In this document: positions 18,730 through 28,613 of the stretch, piece after piece | Position numbering within the stretch: position 1 is the stretch's first letter | Layout: each line of letters opens with the position of its first letter | Origin: a virus | Taxonomy: Duplodnaviria > Caudoviricetes | IMG/VR virus record: IMGVR_UViG_3300005323_000056 | Coordinates: 1-48,269 of that record | DNA length: 48,269 bases | Reading direction: 5' to 3' (one strand) | The notes under the pieces: model-generated | Database searches by the model: none | Told to the model about the DNA's origin: nothing | Seen by the model: the letters and a program-made list of their open reading frames with translations, nothing else | Made by a program: the position numbers and the translations under genes

Positions 18730-21075
18730 TTATATTGTTGCCAACGAATACCCCTCGTCAGCATCACAATACTTCAACAAGACTCCATCCGCATAAGACG
18801 TAGACCAAGCCTTGTTAGTGGTAAATTTATAACCATATAAAATCTGTTTGGTAACAAAGCCAACCATCAGTCGCGAATAATTTTTTGTATCGGTAGTATC
18901 TCCAGTATAAACGTTAAGTGCATCAGTGAATCTATATGTTGTCGCTTCTGTGTGATACGAAGATATTAAAACCATTGGTTCAATATATCCCTCACTAACA
19001 GCTACGTCTAAATCTTTTTCAACAGACCCGGCAAATATGAGTTTTACTGCCCCAATATTGAAAGCTGATGTATAGTTTATACCAACAAACAAAATACAGC
19101 AGAATTTCCCAACAGCGACCTGAGAGTCTAGCGTAAAAGTATTTGTACCGTTTGCAACAGCCATAACCTCCGGGCTTCCCGATGGATTGTCAGGAGTTTG
19201 AGGACATATTACACTAGCTGCCGCGCTAACAAGATCATATAAATGCGTTTTTATAGATACATTGCCCCTTGCAAAAGTAGTATATTTACTTACCGGAACA
19301 AAACCATTTGCGTCAACTGTCGCTGGTCTGTATATCAAATCAGTATATCCGTCTTGAGTTCCGTTTAGGCTTCCGTCACCATATTTCAATGTACTGGACG
19401 AGCCCGTAAGTGTTCCCAGAACACCAAGTATGGTAACACCGTCTTTAAAGTTTTCGGCAATCATTTTTGCCTGATCTGCCGCCGCAATTGAAATGCTACC
19501 AGCACCATTGTGATAACCCTGTGTAGGCACTATATTATCTGCAACAGCAGTTATAGTTGCTGTTTGAGCACCTACATTGACCATTGAACCGGTCAGTTTA
19601 ACTTCGGTATCGTTTGAATAGAATGTCTTGCCAGCCAATACCTCAGAAGCAATGGCATCACCATCAAGGATAGAGTTTCCAATATAATGCGTTAAAGAAT
19701 AATACTTCAACCGAAATTTGTCTAAAACCTTATTAGACAAATTACTTACAAAGGTATTTACACTTGTTGCAGATATAACGATCTGCGCTATTAACGTCTT
19801 ACTTATGGATTTTATAGCAAGACCAGAAATCACAACTAATGCAGTAAGCGTTTTGCTTATAGCTTTTAACACAGAAGAAGATATGCTTATATTTGCAGTA
19901 AGATTTTTCCCGGTCTGTTTTGTTACAGAAGATGAAATGGTGACATTAGCGATCAGTTCCTTCAATATCACCTTCATTGCAACAAGTGAACCGGTTATGT
20001 TCACGCTTGCCGTTAAACTTTTAGCAGTTTGCTTAATTGCCACAGATGCTATAACGATATTAGCAATCATGGTTTTTGCAATTGCTTTTACATTACTGCT
20101 TAAAACAGAAATATTTGCAACGAGTATTTTAGCTATTTGCTTTGTGGCACTGGACGAAACAGAAACGTTAGCAGTCAGGGTTTTGGTTGTCTGCTTAACT
20201 GCACTGGAAGATATAACAACATTGGCGATAAGCTCCTTGACATACTGATGCGCGCCGGAAGAATATTCATTAACGAATGACGAAACAATACTGATGGCAG
20301 ACGACAAGTATTTTGACGTTTGTTTTACCGCAGATGATGTAATAGAAACGGTTGCAGACAATGTTTTCGTGATTGCCCTTGAAATGCTTCCGGATATATT
20401 TGTTGTAGCCGTTAATATCTTGGCAATCTGTTTCACGAAAGATGATGAAACAGATACATTTGCTGTAAGATTTTTCCCTGTTTGCAATACCCTGCTAGAA
20501 GATATGGTGACATTTGCCGTAAGTTCTTTTGAATACTCGATTGTATAAGTGATGACCAACTTAGCCGGATAAGATGATCCATCCTCATACGGTCGTGCAA
20601 CACGAACGGCGTTATCACTCGATCCGTCATCTTTGTGCAGTATTAAAATATCATTCCCTGATGCCCAACCAACGCGGTCAACAATTTCCTGGATAACTGT
20701 GGTAATGTCAGGAGAATCATACCATGTACCAGCAGTCCAAGACCCTACGGAATCCCAGTCAACATATGCGGTTGTCAGTGCCTTAGCCGCGTATGTTCCC
20801 GCAGAGGTCGGAGCAGTCGCATCGTCGACATTATTTCCGTAAATCCGCGAGTATACGGTTGTTCCCGTTTGATTCGTCTTTGCTAAATACTGCAGTTTTG
20901 CCGCAGTTATTGTCGCTCCAACCGGAATTGTGGCATTCAAAAAAAGCAAGTAATTGCTTACAACACTTCCCGACGATTTCCCAAAAGCAACTACGTCAGT
21001 TGCAAGAAAGGTAGAGCCGTACAAAATGCCATCGTTTGCGCCCGCGCTAATCTGAAGGGTAATTGTCGTACTCAT
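18730..21075 (-). CDS. Fibre/adhesin: N-terminal DNRLRE-like domain, 18-aa repeats, phage fibre module
   Basis: IPVGATITAAKL...DITTVIQEIVDR.GWASGN...PAKLVITY; K.L.ANV.ISSS repeats; GDAIASEVLAGKTFYS...GYHNGAG...GVTILGVLGT. Confidence 0.75.
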   Translation of the reverse strand: MSTTITLQISAGANDGILYGSTFLATDVVAFGKSSGSVVSNYLLFLNATIPVGATITAAKLQYLAKTNQTGTTVYSRIYGNNVDDATAPTSAGTYAAKALTTAYVDWDSVGSWTAGTWYDSPDITTVIQEIVDRVGWASGNDILILHKDDGSSDNAVRVARPYEDGSSYPAKLVITYTIEYSKELTANVTISSSRVLQTGKNLTANVSVSSSFVKQIAKILTATTNISGSISRAITKTLSATVSITSSAVKQTSKYLSSAISIVSSFVNEYSSGAHQYVKELIANVVISSSAVKQTTKTLTANVSVSSSATKQIAKILVANISVLSSNVKAIAKTMIANIVIASVAIKQTAKSLTASVNITGSLVAMKVILKELIANVTISSSVTKQTGKNLTANISISSSVLKAISKTLTALVVISGLAIKSISKTLIAQIVISATSVNTFVSNLSNKVLDKFRLKYYSLTHYIGNSILDGDAIASEVLAGKTFYSNDTEVKLTGSMVNVGAQTATITAVADNIVPTQGYHNGAGSISIAAADQAKMIAENFKDGVTILGVLGTLTGSSSTLKYGDGSLNGTQDGYTDLIYRPATVDANGFVPVSKYTTFARGNVSIKTHLYDLVSAAASVICPQTPDNPSGSPEVMAVANGTNTFTLDSQVAVGKFCCILFVGINYTSAFNIGAVKLIFAGSVEKDLDVAVSEGYIEPMVLISSYHTEATTYRFTDALNVYTGDTTDTKNYSRLMVGFVTKQILYGYKFTTNKAWSTSYADGVLLKYCDADEGYSLATI
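19755..20535 (-). repeat. About 14 tandem 18-aa (54-nt) coding repeats
   Basis: e.g. TGKNLTANVSVSSSFVKQ, TTKTLTANVSVSSSATKQ, TGKNLTANISISSSVLKA. Confidence 0.85.
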
Positions 21076-21096
21076 ACGGCTCCCCTTTCAATCAAA

Positions 21097-21489
21097 TTAG
21101 GCTTGATTAAACACACTCTTTAATGTAAACGCGATAGAATCTAAAGATGATACGTTAATTGCCGAGAACGTACCATGAAACGCACATATCGCTCCGGAAA
21201 GTGTGGCTTGATTAAAAAAGCCAACTTCCGTTATAGCAAGCGCACCACCAGCAGTAATGGTATGAGTAACCTGAATTGTGTCGTCGGCAGTATTGGTCGT
21301 GGCCTTTGCCAGCGTTCCTGTTCCAGCAGTTGCGTTCGTCGGCGCGGCGGCAGTTTCCATGGCGTCATCATCAACTGCGGCTCCGGTCGCGCCCGTACCC
21401 CATGCGACGTACTTTAATACGTCGGCTGTATCTGCGAGTCCAATCAAATAAGCAATACCATTGTCTGTGAAATATGCTGCATCAGCCAT
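21097..21489 (-). CDS. Virion structural protein (fibre-associated)
   Basis: FTDNGIAYL...YVAWGTG...AITEVGFFN...FSAINV...DSIAFT motif. Confidence 0.7.
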   Translation of the reverse strand: MADAAYFTDNGIAYLIGLADTADVLKYVAWGTGATGAAVDDDAMETAAAPTNATAGTGTLAKATTNTADDTIQVTHTITAGGALAITEVGFFNQATLSGAICAFHGTFSAINVSSLDSIAFTLKSVFNQA

Positions 21490-21649
21490 TTTTCAAAATC
21501 CTCCTAATTTTATTCCAAAGAGTTACCTCTTTTGGTGTTTGTTCATGTTCTGAACCGCAAATTACCCCAAGATCAATTACCGTTCCATCTGCTTTTGTCA
21601 GAACTGCCGATACTGTACTTTTGACCATAACCTTGCCTACCTGTTCCAT
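21482..21649 (-). CDS. Small protein (55 aa, not in ORF track)
   Basis: AGGAGG RBS; MEQVGKVMVKSTVSAVLTKADGTVIDLGVICG... Confidence 0.65.
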   Translation of the reverse strand: MEQVGKVMVKSTVSAVLTKADGTVIDLGVICGSEHEQTPKEVTLWNKIRRILKNG

Positions 21650-21661
21650 ATTTTTCCTCCT

Positions 21662-21982
21662 TTATGCTACTATTGTTTTACCGCTGATATAATAATTTAC
21701 GGCACTTGCTGTTCCGCTTGAGCCTTCAATTATTTCCGATGCTTCAATAATCTGATCCATGAACGGTATTGTAATTGTGTCATTACCAAGAACAGTATAT
21801 CCTCCTATCACTTCCACCCCATCAAGTTTTATTGTAACTGTAGCCGCACTTGCAGTTTTGTTGCATAATGTTACCGCTTTTATTATAACATAGTCGCCAA
21901 CACCAGAAGGCGCCGTGTATAACGTTGCATTGCTGTCCGACAATGTTCCAGAGCATAACCGCTTGTCCGTTGTCGTAGCCAT
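21662..21982 (-). CDS. Small virion structural protein
   Basis: TLYTAPSG...IIKAVTLCN.TASAATVTI...AVNYYISG jelly-roll-like motif. Confidence 0.7.
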   Translation of the reverse strand: MATTTDKRLCSGTLSDSNATLYTAPSGVGDYVIIKAVTLCNKTASAATVTIKLDGVEVIGGYTVLGNDTITIPFMDQIIEASEIIEGSSGTASAVNYYISGKTIVA

Positions 21983-22489
21983 TTACAGATACCCCCAAAT
22001 ACTAGAAGTGGTTGAAGGGCCAATAAGTGCCTGAACCTGAGCCAGTGTTTTTACCGTCCATGAAAAGTCTGCTCCTGCCAGAATAAAATCGTTTTCGGCA
22101 GTTCCTTCCAGCATGGAATACGTTCCATCACCAGTCTTTTTCATAAGACCAGGGGCGTCTGACAAAACCGCAATAGCATCAAGTTCGTTGGAATGATCCT
22201 GCTTGCCGTTGAAGGTTCCCCAGTCTGTACTTGACAAAGCTCCGGAAGTCGTTGAGGAAGCAAGACCAAGCTGAACCGTTCCGGTTGTATCAACGGTAAT
22301 GCCGTTGGCAATGTCAGCTTTCAATATTTGTATCTGCTTGCTTAATATGTCAAGTAAGTAATTGTGTTTCTTTTGCAGTATAGTAAAATCCCTTTGCAAA
22401 GTATCTAACCGTTGTTGATCAGTCCCCTGTAAAGAACCAAATGCTTCTGTTACTTTTGCCGCATTAAATGTATTGACATTATTTTGCAT
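21983..22489 (-). CDS. Tail needle/fibre-like protein
   Basis: N-terminal coiled coil; ASSTTSGALSSTDWGTFNGKQ fibre motif; follows the nozzle gene. Confidence 0.6.
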   Translation of the reverse strand: MQNNVNTFNAAKVTEAFGSLQGTDQQRLDTLQRDFTILQKKHNYLLDILSKQIQILKADIANGITVDTTGTVQLGLASSTTSGALSSTDWGTFNGKQDHSNELDAIAVLSDAPGLMKKTGDGTYSMLEGTAENDFILAGADFSWTVKTLAQVQALIGPSTTSSIWGYL

Positions 22490-24442
22490 TTACCTGCTCC
22501 TTCCAATCTTCCTGTAGCGCATTTCAATGCTATATATGTCCAACTGGTATACTGAAGTATTTTCCAGTTTCAATCTGAAATGATGCTGTCTGCAGATTTC
22601 GGAACCAGTGGTATAAACGGTAACGACCTTGTATTCATCATCAAGATCGCTTGTAGTAAACGCCTTTAACAATACCCAGTCATCCGCGTCATACGTGGTG
22701 GTTGTGCTGTAATAGACATTAAGAGTTGAACCGCTGTATAACCGTCTGCAAAGTATATTTATCTGCGTAAGTGTACTGTCATCGGAAACGGAGTTAGCAA
22801 ATGCTTTTGTGCAAATATATGAAGTAGTATCATAGGTGGAACCCATGTATGTGCGAAGATACCATGTGGTTTCTGCTCCATCCCATTTTTCAGCAACAGC
22901 CCAAAGAGTTGAAGAACCCGGTCTGTTAAAATAATATGGATTCCATAAATAATTCAAATCCTCGTTTTCTTCTGCCAATCCTGCGCGTTTCCACCATGAC
23001 CGACGTTTAATGTCAAACATATAATAGTAATGCTGTTCTATTGTAGTAGAACCCGGTGTTTCTGGATCAGTGTCTATTAATGACAATTGCCTCCCACCCA
23101 TTACATATAAATTATTATTGTCTGCAATAAGATTTCCTTCATTTAATTTTATTCCACCATAGATACCATTGGATATAGAACCATTTGTGTAAATCGGGCA
23201 ATTTATTGGTTTTGGATAACTGGAACCATCAAACTCAAATATTTTACTATCATAATTAAAATATGCAGTATTATTAGAAACAGCAACTCCCGTGTCAGAA
23301 GTATATGACGTTGAAATGCCAATCCCCGAAATATATTTTGAAGAACTGAAAGTATCATATGAATAACCTTGAAACACCCAAATGCTTTCTTGCGCCCAAA
23401 TGAACAAAGAGTTTCCGAGTACGGCAAGGTTACCCAAATAACTTTCCTGTTCGTATGTCCAGTATCCTGCATCAGCCTGAACAAATCCGGTTACGGGAGC
23501 AATACCAATCTTGATATTATCAGCCGTTCCAGATGCCGTGTGTCCAGCGGCAGTTATGCTTGTAATACTTCCCCATGTATCCGGAGTAATGTACTTCCCT
23601 GTAATAGGCGTGTATGTTTTTGATTGAGCAACACCCAAAGAATCTGTTCCAACTACTGCAAGAGTGCCAAGAGCATCTGCCGTAACAACCGTGGTTATAG
23701 TAAACTCAAGAGGACGAGGAACGTCTGGTTGTGCGGCTATCGTGTATGCAGTAGAATTCAGCATTGCGGTACTGGTAACAATCTTATCGTCATCTTCCTC
23801 AAGTCCATACCATGAAAAAGGATCGCCAGCTTTGCACCACCATAACTTATTTGACATATCAATAGCAAATATCCGGTTATAATGTGAAACAATCTTTCTC
23901 GGGTAAAAAGGCAACGTAACGACCATTACGTTTGTATAATCATAAAGTAGTAAGGTCTTATTATTTTGCGTAGTGAAACAAACATACCGTTTTGCTTCTG
24001 TATAATACATACACATAGAAGTGATTCCAGCAGTACCAGTATGCACAAGGTTATATGCGGAAATATCTTTTATTGTTCTTGTATTTGACGTAACATTAAG
24101 ATCTACTAAATCATCAATAATAGTATCATGGTCTAATTCACCATCCATTTGAACTATTATAAGATGCTCATACTTTGTAGAACCAGAATAAAAATAATCA
24201 CCAATGCCGTCTACAACTTCGCCAGTGTTATACATCATTGTCTTATATTTGCTATTAGTTGCTATCGTCTGTAGACTTATAGTATCTCCGTCACTATTTG
24301 GTCTGGCATCCCACGCGTCAGAAAGTACGTTGTCATACAAAGATAAAGGATCATTATAATCATTTATCCCTAACATTGGTCTTGTCATGACGGTTTTTGT
24401 CTGACCAAAACCTGTTTTCCTATTGTACATACTACCAGCCAT
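22490..24442 (-). CDS. Tail nozzle/DNA stabilization protein (P22 gp10/T7 gp12-like)
   Basis: 650 aa; GIND...LYDN; SHYNRIFA...LWWCKAGDP.SW; beta-rich; synteny after the adaptor. Confidence 0.7.
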   Translation of the reverse strand: MAGSMYNRKTGFGQTKTVMTRPMLGINDYNDPLSLYDNVLSDAWDARPNSDGDTISLQTIATNSKYKTMMYNTGEVVDGIGDYFYSGSTKYEHLIIVQMDGELDHDTIIDDLVDLNVTSNTRTIKDISAYNLVHTGTAGITSMCMYYTEAKRYVCFTTQNNKTLLLYDYTNVMVVTLPFYPRKIVSHYNRIFAIDMSNKLWWCKAGDPFSWYGLEEDDDKIVTSTAMLNSTAYTIAAQPDVPRPLEFTITTVVTADALGTLAVVGTDSLGVAQSKTYTPITGKYITPDTWGSITSITAAGHTASGTADNIKIGIAPVTGFVQADAGYWTYEQESYLGNLAVLGNSLFIWAQESIWVFQGYSYDTFSSSKYISGIGISTSYTSDTGVAVSNNTAYFNYDSKIFEFDGSSYPKPINCPIYTNGSISNGIYGGIKLNEGNLIADNNNLYVMGGRQLSLIDTDPETPGSTTIEQHYYYMFDIKRRSWWKRAGLAEENEDLNYLWNPYYFNRPGSSTLWAVAEKWDGAETTWYLRTYMGSTYDTTSYICTKAFANSVSDDSTLTQINILCRRLYSGSTLNVYYSTTTTYDADDWVLLKAFTTSDLDDEYKVVTVYTTGSEICRQHHFRLKLENTSVYQLDIYSIEMRYRKIGRSR

Positions 24443-24454
24443 TTACAATACCTC

Positions 24455-25393
24455 TTAATGCCATTGTTTGTTATCTCTTGGCTTTCTTGGATAGACACGT
24501 TCCTTGTTCATTCTGTCCTTCCACAAAGCCGTGAGATAATTGTCATACTGCTGGTAGAACCTGTCAGCCTGGATGGTGTCAGGACTTGCGCCAACAGAAG
24601 CAAGCATATACGCTGCATAAACGGCAAGCATTTCATGAAACCTGCTGTCAAACTCAGGTGACGCGCTTGCACTGTCTGCCGACAAGTCTGTGAGATATTT
24701 GTGATAACGTATTCGAATATTATATCCAGAAGTGGCAGGAACAGGATACAGCACCATTGTCTTGCCACCAGCAGATGTGTAATTCTGCCTGAACGTGTTG
24801 GAATAACAGGTATCGTCATCCTTATATGAAGGCTCATATTTGGTGTAATTATACCGATCAGTCTGAACGCCAACTTTTATTGTATCCGCCGTACTTCCGG
24901 TAACCCATGACGAACCGGTAATGCTGGTTATTGCGGTATAAACATTGGTACTCCAGACCCTTGAATTTGCCAATGGCGTAATCGTTTCGGTAACAGTTGC
25001 GCCGTCTGAAGTGCCAACAAGTACAATAGTTCCCAAAGTGTCAGCAGTTGCAACCGTTGTAACAGTAAACGAAATCCTGCTTGCACTTGCCGGTTGATTG
25101 GCTATGGTATAAGATCCTACTTTCATATTTGTAGAAGCAACAACATAGTCAATCTCGTCAGCGTCCTTCTCTATCTCAAGATATTCAATCTGTGAAATGT
25201 CCTCAATGGTTGATGGATAGGTGTACTCATCATCATTTGCAATGGTTTCCAGTGTTTCATCAACTGCAATAAGCCCAAAACCTTCTGCTGACAGGTCTTT
25301 TTGAGCCATGTTCATGTATGTTACGACATTCGCAGACGTATCAGAGTGAGGATATAGTTTAAGAACTAAAGCCAGCAAGGCAGTAACATTCAT
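24455..25393 (-). CDS. Head-tail adaptor (P22 gp4/T7 gp11-like) with inserted beta-domain
   Basis: YMNMAQKDL...EYTYPS...LYPVP...IRIRY...PEFDSRFHEMLAVYAAY. Confidence 0.75.
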   Translation of the reverse strand: MNVTALLALVLKLYPHSDTSANVVTYMNMAQKDLSAEGFGLIAVDETLETIANDDEYTYPSTIEDISQIEYLEIEKDADEIDYVVASTNMKVGSYTIANQPASASRISFTVTTVATADTLGTIVLVGTSDGATVTETITPLANSRVWSTNVYTAITSITGSSWVTGSTADTIKVGVQTDRYNYTKYEPSYKDDDTCYSNTFRQNYTSAGGKTMVLYPVPATSGYNIRIRYHKYLTDLSADSASASPEFDSRFHEMLAVYAAYMLASVGASPDTIQADRFYQQYDNYLTALWKDRMNKERVYPRKPRDNKQWH

Positions 25394-25422
25394 AATATTA
25401 CCTGCTTTCTACTATTGCTTTA

Positions 25423-26043
25423 TCAACAAGGTCTAGGAATAGGCTCCCAAATGATTGCCCATAATGTACCGCCACCAGAATTGATAAAACTAAGTGTTTC
25501 ATCAACGGTAACATTCTGCCACGAATCCCCTGCAATCAAAGGAATGGATTGAGTAGCGGCGGCAGTAGCGGTTGTAATGGGATTAAAATAGGTTGTAGTT
25601 CCCGTAAGGATCTGAAAAGAAACGGCTAACCCAGGCGCATTGATTCCAATATCAGCAGGAACACCAACAACAATCGTATCATTTCCAGAACCAGCATCAA
25701 TAACCCAACCAGAGCCAGCAACAGCAGTTACAGTTTTAAAATACTTGGTTCCGCTTACTGTAGAACCAGCAACAGGAGTAATAACATCAGTAATTGTCCG
25801 ATCAAAAATATCTGTTCCTGTAACCGTAATTATTCCTTGAGTATCGGCGGTTCCACTTGCCGTTGTAGTTACCGTGATTTTGCTTGGCCCGTATGGTTGT
25901 GCGGCAACAGTATAAGCGCCAACCTTCATATTTGTGGTTGTAACAATCCTATTGGTAACGGCGGCACTATTGATTGTGGCAGTTGGAATAATCGCTCTAA
26001 CCTTCTGATTTTTACAGTCAAATACCATTTGCGTAACAGCCAT
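25423..26043 (-). CDS. Virion structural protein carrying the shared beta-domain
   Basis: T/V/G-rich; ITVTGTD...TDVITP.AGSTVSGTKYFKTVT. Confidence 0.7.
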   Translation of the reverse strand: MAVTQMVFDCKNQKVRAIIPTATINSAAVTNRIVTTTNMKVGAYTVAAQPYGPSKITVTTTASGTADTQGIITVTGTDIFDRTITDVITPVAGSTVSGTKYFKTVTAVAGSGWVIDAGSGNDTIVVGVPADIGINAPGLAVSFQILTGTTTYFNPITTATAAATQSIPLIAGDSWQNVTVDETLSFINSGGGTLWAIIWEPIPRPC

Positions 26044-26070
26044 GTTCTTACATCTCCTTTAATAAACTAT

Positions 26071-26110
26071 GGGGCAGTAATCTTGGTCGAACCATAAGTA
26101 TTACTGCCCC
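26071..26110. terminator. Intergenic stem-loop (terminator or mRNA-stabilising hairpin)
   Basis: ggggcagtaat...attactgcccc 11-bp inverted repeat; no good U-tract on the coding strand. Confidence 0.45.
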
Positions 26111-26162
26111 TTTCCCATGCTATTGATATGCCTAAATTGATTATATCATACAAGGCAAGACA

Positions 26163-27101
26163 TTATGAATCGGCATAACCAATCAACCAAGTAATCGTGT
26201 CACCAACATGGCACTTGATCCAACAGTTAGCCACGCCAACACTTGGGTCAGAGGTTGTTGCACCGCCAGAGCCAGTTGCAGCAAATTTGACAAAATCAGT
26301 TGTGGAACCGTCAACAGCAATCGCCGCGCCAACGGTAGCGCCAGTGTCAACAGCAATACGCAAACCAGCATCAAGGCAGGTGACATCGGGATAAACTTCA
26401 ATCATGACACCATCAAACATGGACGAAGTAACAGTTGAAGCACCTTCAATATGGAAGTGTCCTGCATTGACGGTAGTGGCTGTAAAGTTGCCAGTATTCA
26501 CGTCGCACTTTGCAGACAAACCAGACATGGCAGTAACGGCACCAGTGCCATAATGCGAAACCCACGGTTGTGAACCATACAGTTGCGATACGACAGTTGT
26601 TGAACCAGCGGCAGTACCGGCATATGCGCGAGAAGCATGACCAACAGCAGTAGTTCCGCTATCGCCATCACCAGACAATGCCACTTTGCAATATGAACCA
26701 AGCAGATCATCACAATCACCGGCGCCTGCGCTGTGAAGAATATTGACAACATGTCCACATACTGTAGCACCAGGATTTGTGTTTAGAACTTGAGGAACCG
26801 AAAGTGAACCAATTTGGAACAGACCAATACCAGTTGTCGTTTCGTCAAACTCAAGTGTGATTTTTGTAGCAGCAGTTGCCGTTGTCGTACCAAGAGTAAG
26901 AACAACATCATCAAGAATAGCAGATGCACCGCCAGCGGTGTTCATTTGTGCGGCGGTTGCAGTAACTTTTGTTCCATCCTGATAAAGATAGCCATCACTG
27001 TCATAAATCAGGTTTTCCGTTCCGTTCTCGTCCATAACATAAAGGCCATAAAGATTTGCTGAAACATATTTCCAGCCAACAATTCTCGGTGTAACAGCCA
27101 T
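26163..27101 (-). CDS. Virion structural protein (capsid decoration or fibre-like)
   Basis: GAAAGGAAG RBS before MAVTPR; A/G/T-rich beta content; directly after the capsid gene. Confidence 0.6.
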   Translation of the reverse strand: MAVTPRIVGWKYVSANLYGLYVMDENGTENLIYDSDGYLYQDGTKVTATAAQMNTAGGASAILDDVVLTLGTTTATAATKITLEFDETTTGIGLFQIGSLSVPQVLNTNPGATVCGHVVNILHSAGAGDCDDLLGSYCKVALSGDGDSGTTAVGHASRAYAGTAAGSTTVVSQLYGSQPWVSHYGTGAVTAMSGLSAKCDVNTGNFTATTVNAGHFHIEGASTVTSSMFDGVMIEVYPDVTCLDAGLRIAVDTGATVGAAIAVDGSTTDFVKFAATGSGGATTSDPSVGVANCWIKCHVGDTITWLIGYADS

Positions 27102-27121
27102 ATTCGTACTTCCTTTCAATT

Positions 27122-27157
27122 AAAAAAAGAGTGGAGCGGTTTAAAGACTCCACTCTC
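27122..27157 (-). terminator. Intrinsic terminator after the major capsid gene
   Basis: agagtggag...ctccactct followed by a T run on the minus strand. Confidence 0.8.
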
Positions 27158-27185
27158 GTTCGATTTATTCAGTTGTTTGTCAGTA

Positions 27186-28115
27186 TCAGCCCTGACTGGC
27201 AATAACTCCAAAGCCTGGTGATACGAAGGCAACGGCGAACTCTTCCTCACAGGTGCTTTCAGTATTCTTGTTCTTGAAGTTGAGTTCCGTCTCAATCTGC
27301 ATACCACCGCGATACTGGTGAACGCAACCGGCATCGGGAATGGTCTTGTCAAGCAGGAACCACGGCGAATAGGTATCTCCTTTGGTTGTATGGTCAATGT
27401 AGTCATTGAAGATAACGCCCAAGGGTTCTTTCTTCAAACTGTTGATGGTATTGGACAGCTGATGCGCCAGCAACGCGCTTTCCAAAATCTCATAAACATC
27501 GAACTGGTTCATGGTATTGGTCAGTAAATGCGTGGCACGAGTGGGATAGCGATTGCCAGCCTGGTTCTTGATAAGGCTGAACTGGATGATACCGGCTTTC
27601 AGGTTGTCAACGGAGATAGCGCCGGTAACGAGGTTGTCATTGTACTTGCCCGGAGCATTTGACAGAGGATGAGTGCTTGAAAACACATACACAGCATCAG
27701 CCATAGCCGTAGCGAACCCGTCATTATAAGCGTCAGCAACAACCTTTTCTTTTGTTTCGATCATAGAACGAATGAGTTTCGTGCCAAACATGCCATTGAC
27801 GGAAAGCGTCTGATCGTCCTTCATCTGCTTGCGAGTGGCAAACACGCCTTTGCCATACGTCTTGATGGTGATCTCGGTTTTCCAGTCTTCCGCAATGCCC
27901 TCAAAGGTATAATCATTGCCTTCAGTGTGCAACGCGGCGTTTCCAACGTCGCCTACGGTGAGATACGTGCCTACTTCCAGCGGTTGATTTACCTTGTGTA
28001 CGATCTGAGGCCACTGTTGTTCCTGCGGCACTTTTGCCGCTTCGTTGAAAACAAAGTTGATACTTGCCCTTGCCTTTTTAAGATTTGTAATGTCAGAACT
28101 TCTGCCACCAGCCAT
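27186..28115 (-). CDS. Major capsid protein (HK97 fold, Mu gpT-like)
   Basis: 309 aa; EGNDY.F...KTYGKG...TR..MKDD...ETKE..VAD..NDGF...D...FSSTHPL...PWFLLD. Confidence 0.85.
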   Translation of the reverse strand: MAGGRSSDITNLKKARASINFVFNEAAKVPQEQQWPQIVHKVNQPLEVGTYLTVGDVGNAALHTEGNDYTFEGIAEDWKTEITIKTYGKGVFATRKQMKDDQTLSVNGMFGTKLIRSMIETKEKVVADAYNDGFATAMADAVYVFSSTHPLSNAPGKYNDNLVTGAISVDNLKAGIIQFSLIKNQAGNRYPTRATHLLTNTMNQFDVYEILESALLAHQLSNTINSLKKEPLGVIFNDYIDHTTKGDTYSPWFLLDKTIPDAGCVHQYRGGMQIETELNFKNKNTESTCEEEFAVAFVSPGFGVIASQG

Positions 28116-28152
28116 TTATAATCATTCCTTTCAAATTTGCATGAATCTGCAA

Positions 28153-28584
28153 TCAGATATACAGCAATGACCGCAAGAAACGGCCAGTAGCCACGCGCCG
28201 GGTATTGTCATATTCATTGACGAAAATCGAACCAGTTGACGTATCGTTCAGGTCAAGATACATTTCGCCTTCGGCAGAACCGTCATCAACCGCACCATCA
28301 ACATAAATGTCATAGGCAATGCCAACCATAGCATCAGTGACTTCATCAACGGTACTACCCTGATACAGGTCAAACTCGAACTCCTGGTCAGGATGATACA
28401 TGGTAACAATGGAACCGCTGGCACAATCCTCAACAGCAACGCCAAGAATGATGGTCGTGGTAATGCTTTCCGTAGCGGGAGCCGCACTTGTGGAACTTAG
28501 AACAAGCAACTGCCCCTTGTTGATAGCGGCACCGGCAATCCATTTCACATAGCCGTGTTTATCAGGATTTACAGGTCTAATCAT
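28153..28584 (-). CDS. Capsid decoration/cement protein
   Basis: IAGAAINKGQLLVL...ILGVAVED; lies between scaffold and capsid. Confidence 0.65.
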   Translation of the reverse strand: MIRPVNPDKHGYVKWIAGAAINKGQLLVLSSTSAAPATESITTTIILGVAVEDCASGSIVTMYHPDQEFEFDLYQGSTVDEVTDAMVGIAYDIYVDGAVDDGSAEGEMYLDLNDTSTGSIFVNEYDNTRRVATGRFLRSLLYI

Positions 28585-28613
28585 TGATAATCATTCCTCT
28601 CTTTAACTATTAC

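Noticed and set aside
17431-21075. Diversity-generating retroelement or invertible fibre cassette
   Set aside because: No reverse transcriptase, no TR/VR pair differing at adenines, and no invertase seen.
21482-21495. Programmed frameshift fusing the 55-aa and 130-aa ORFs
   Set aside because: No canonical X XXY YYZ slippery site, and the downstream ORF has its own AGGAGG RBS.
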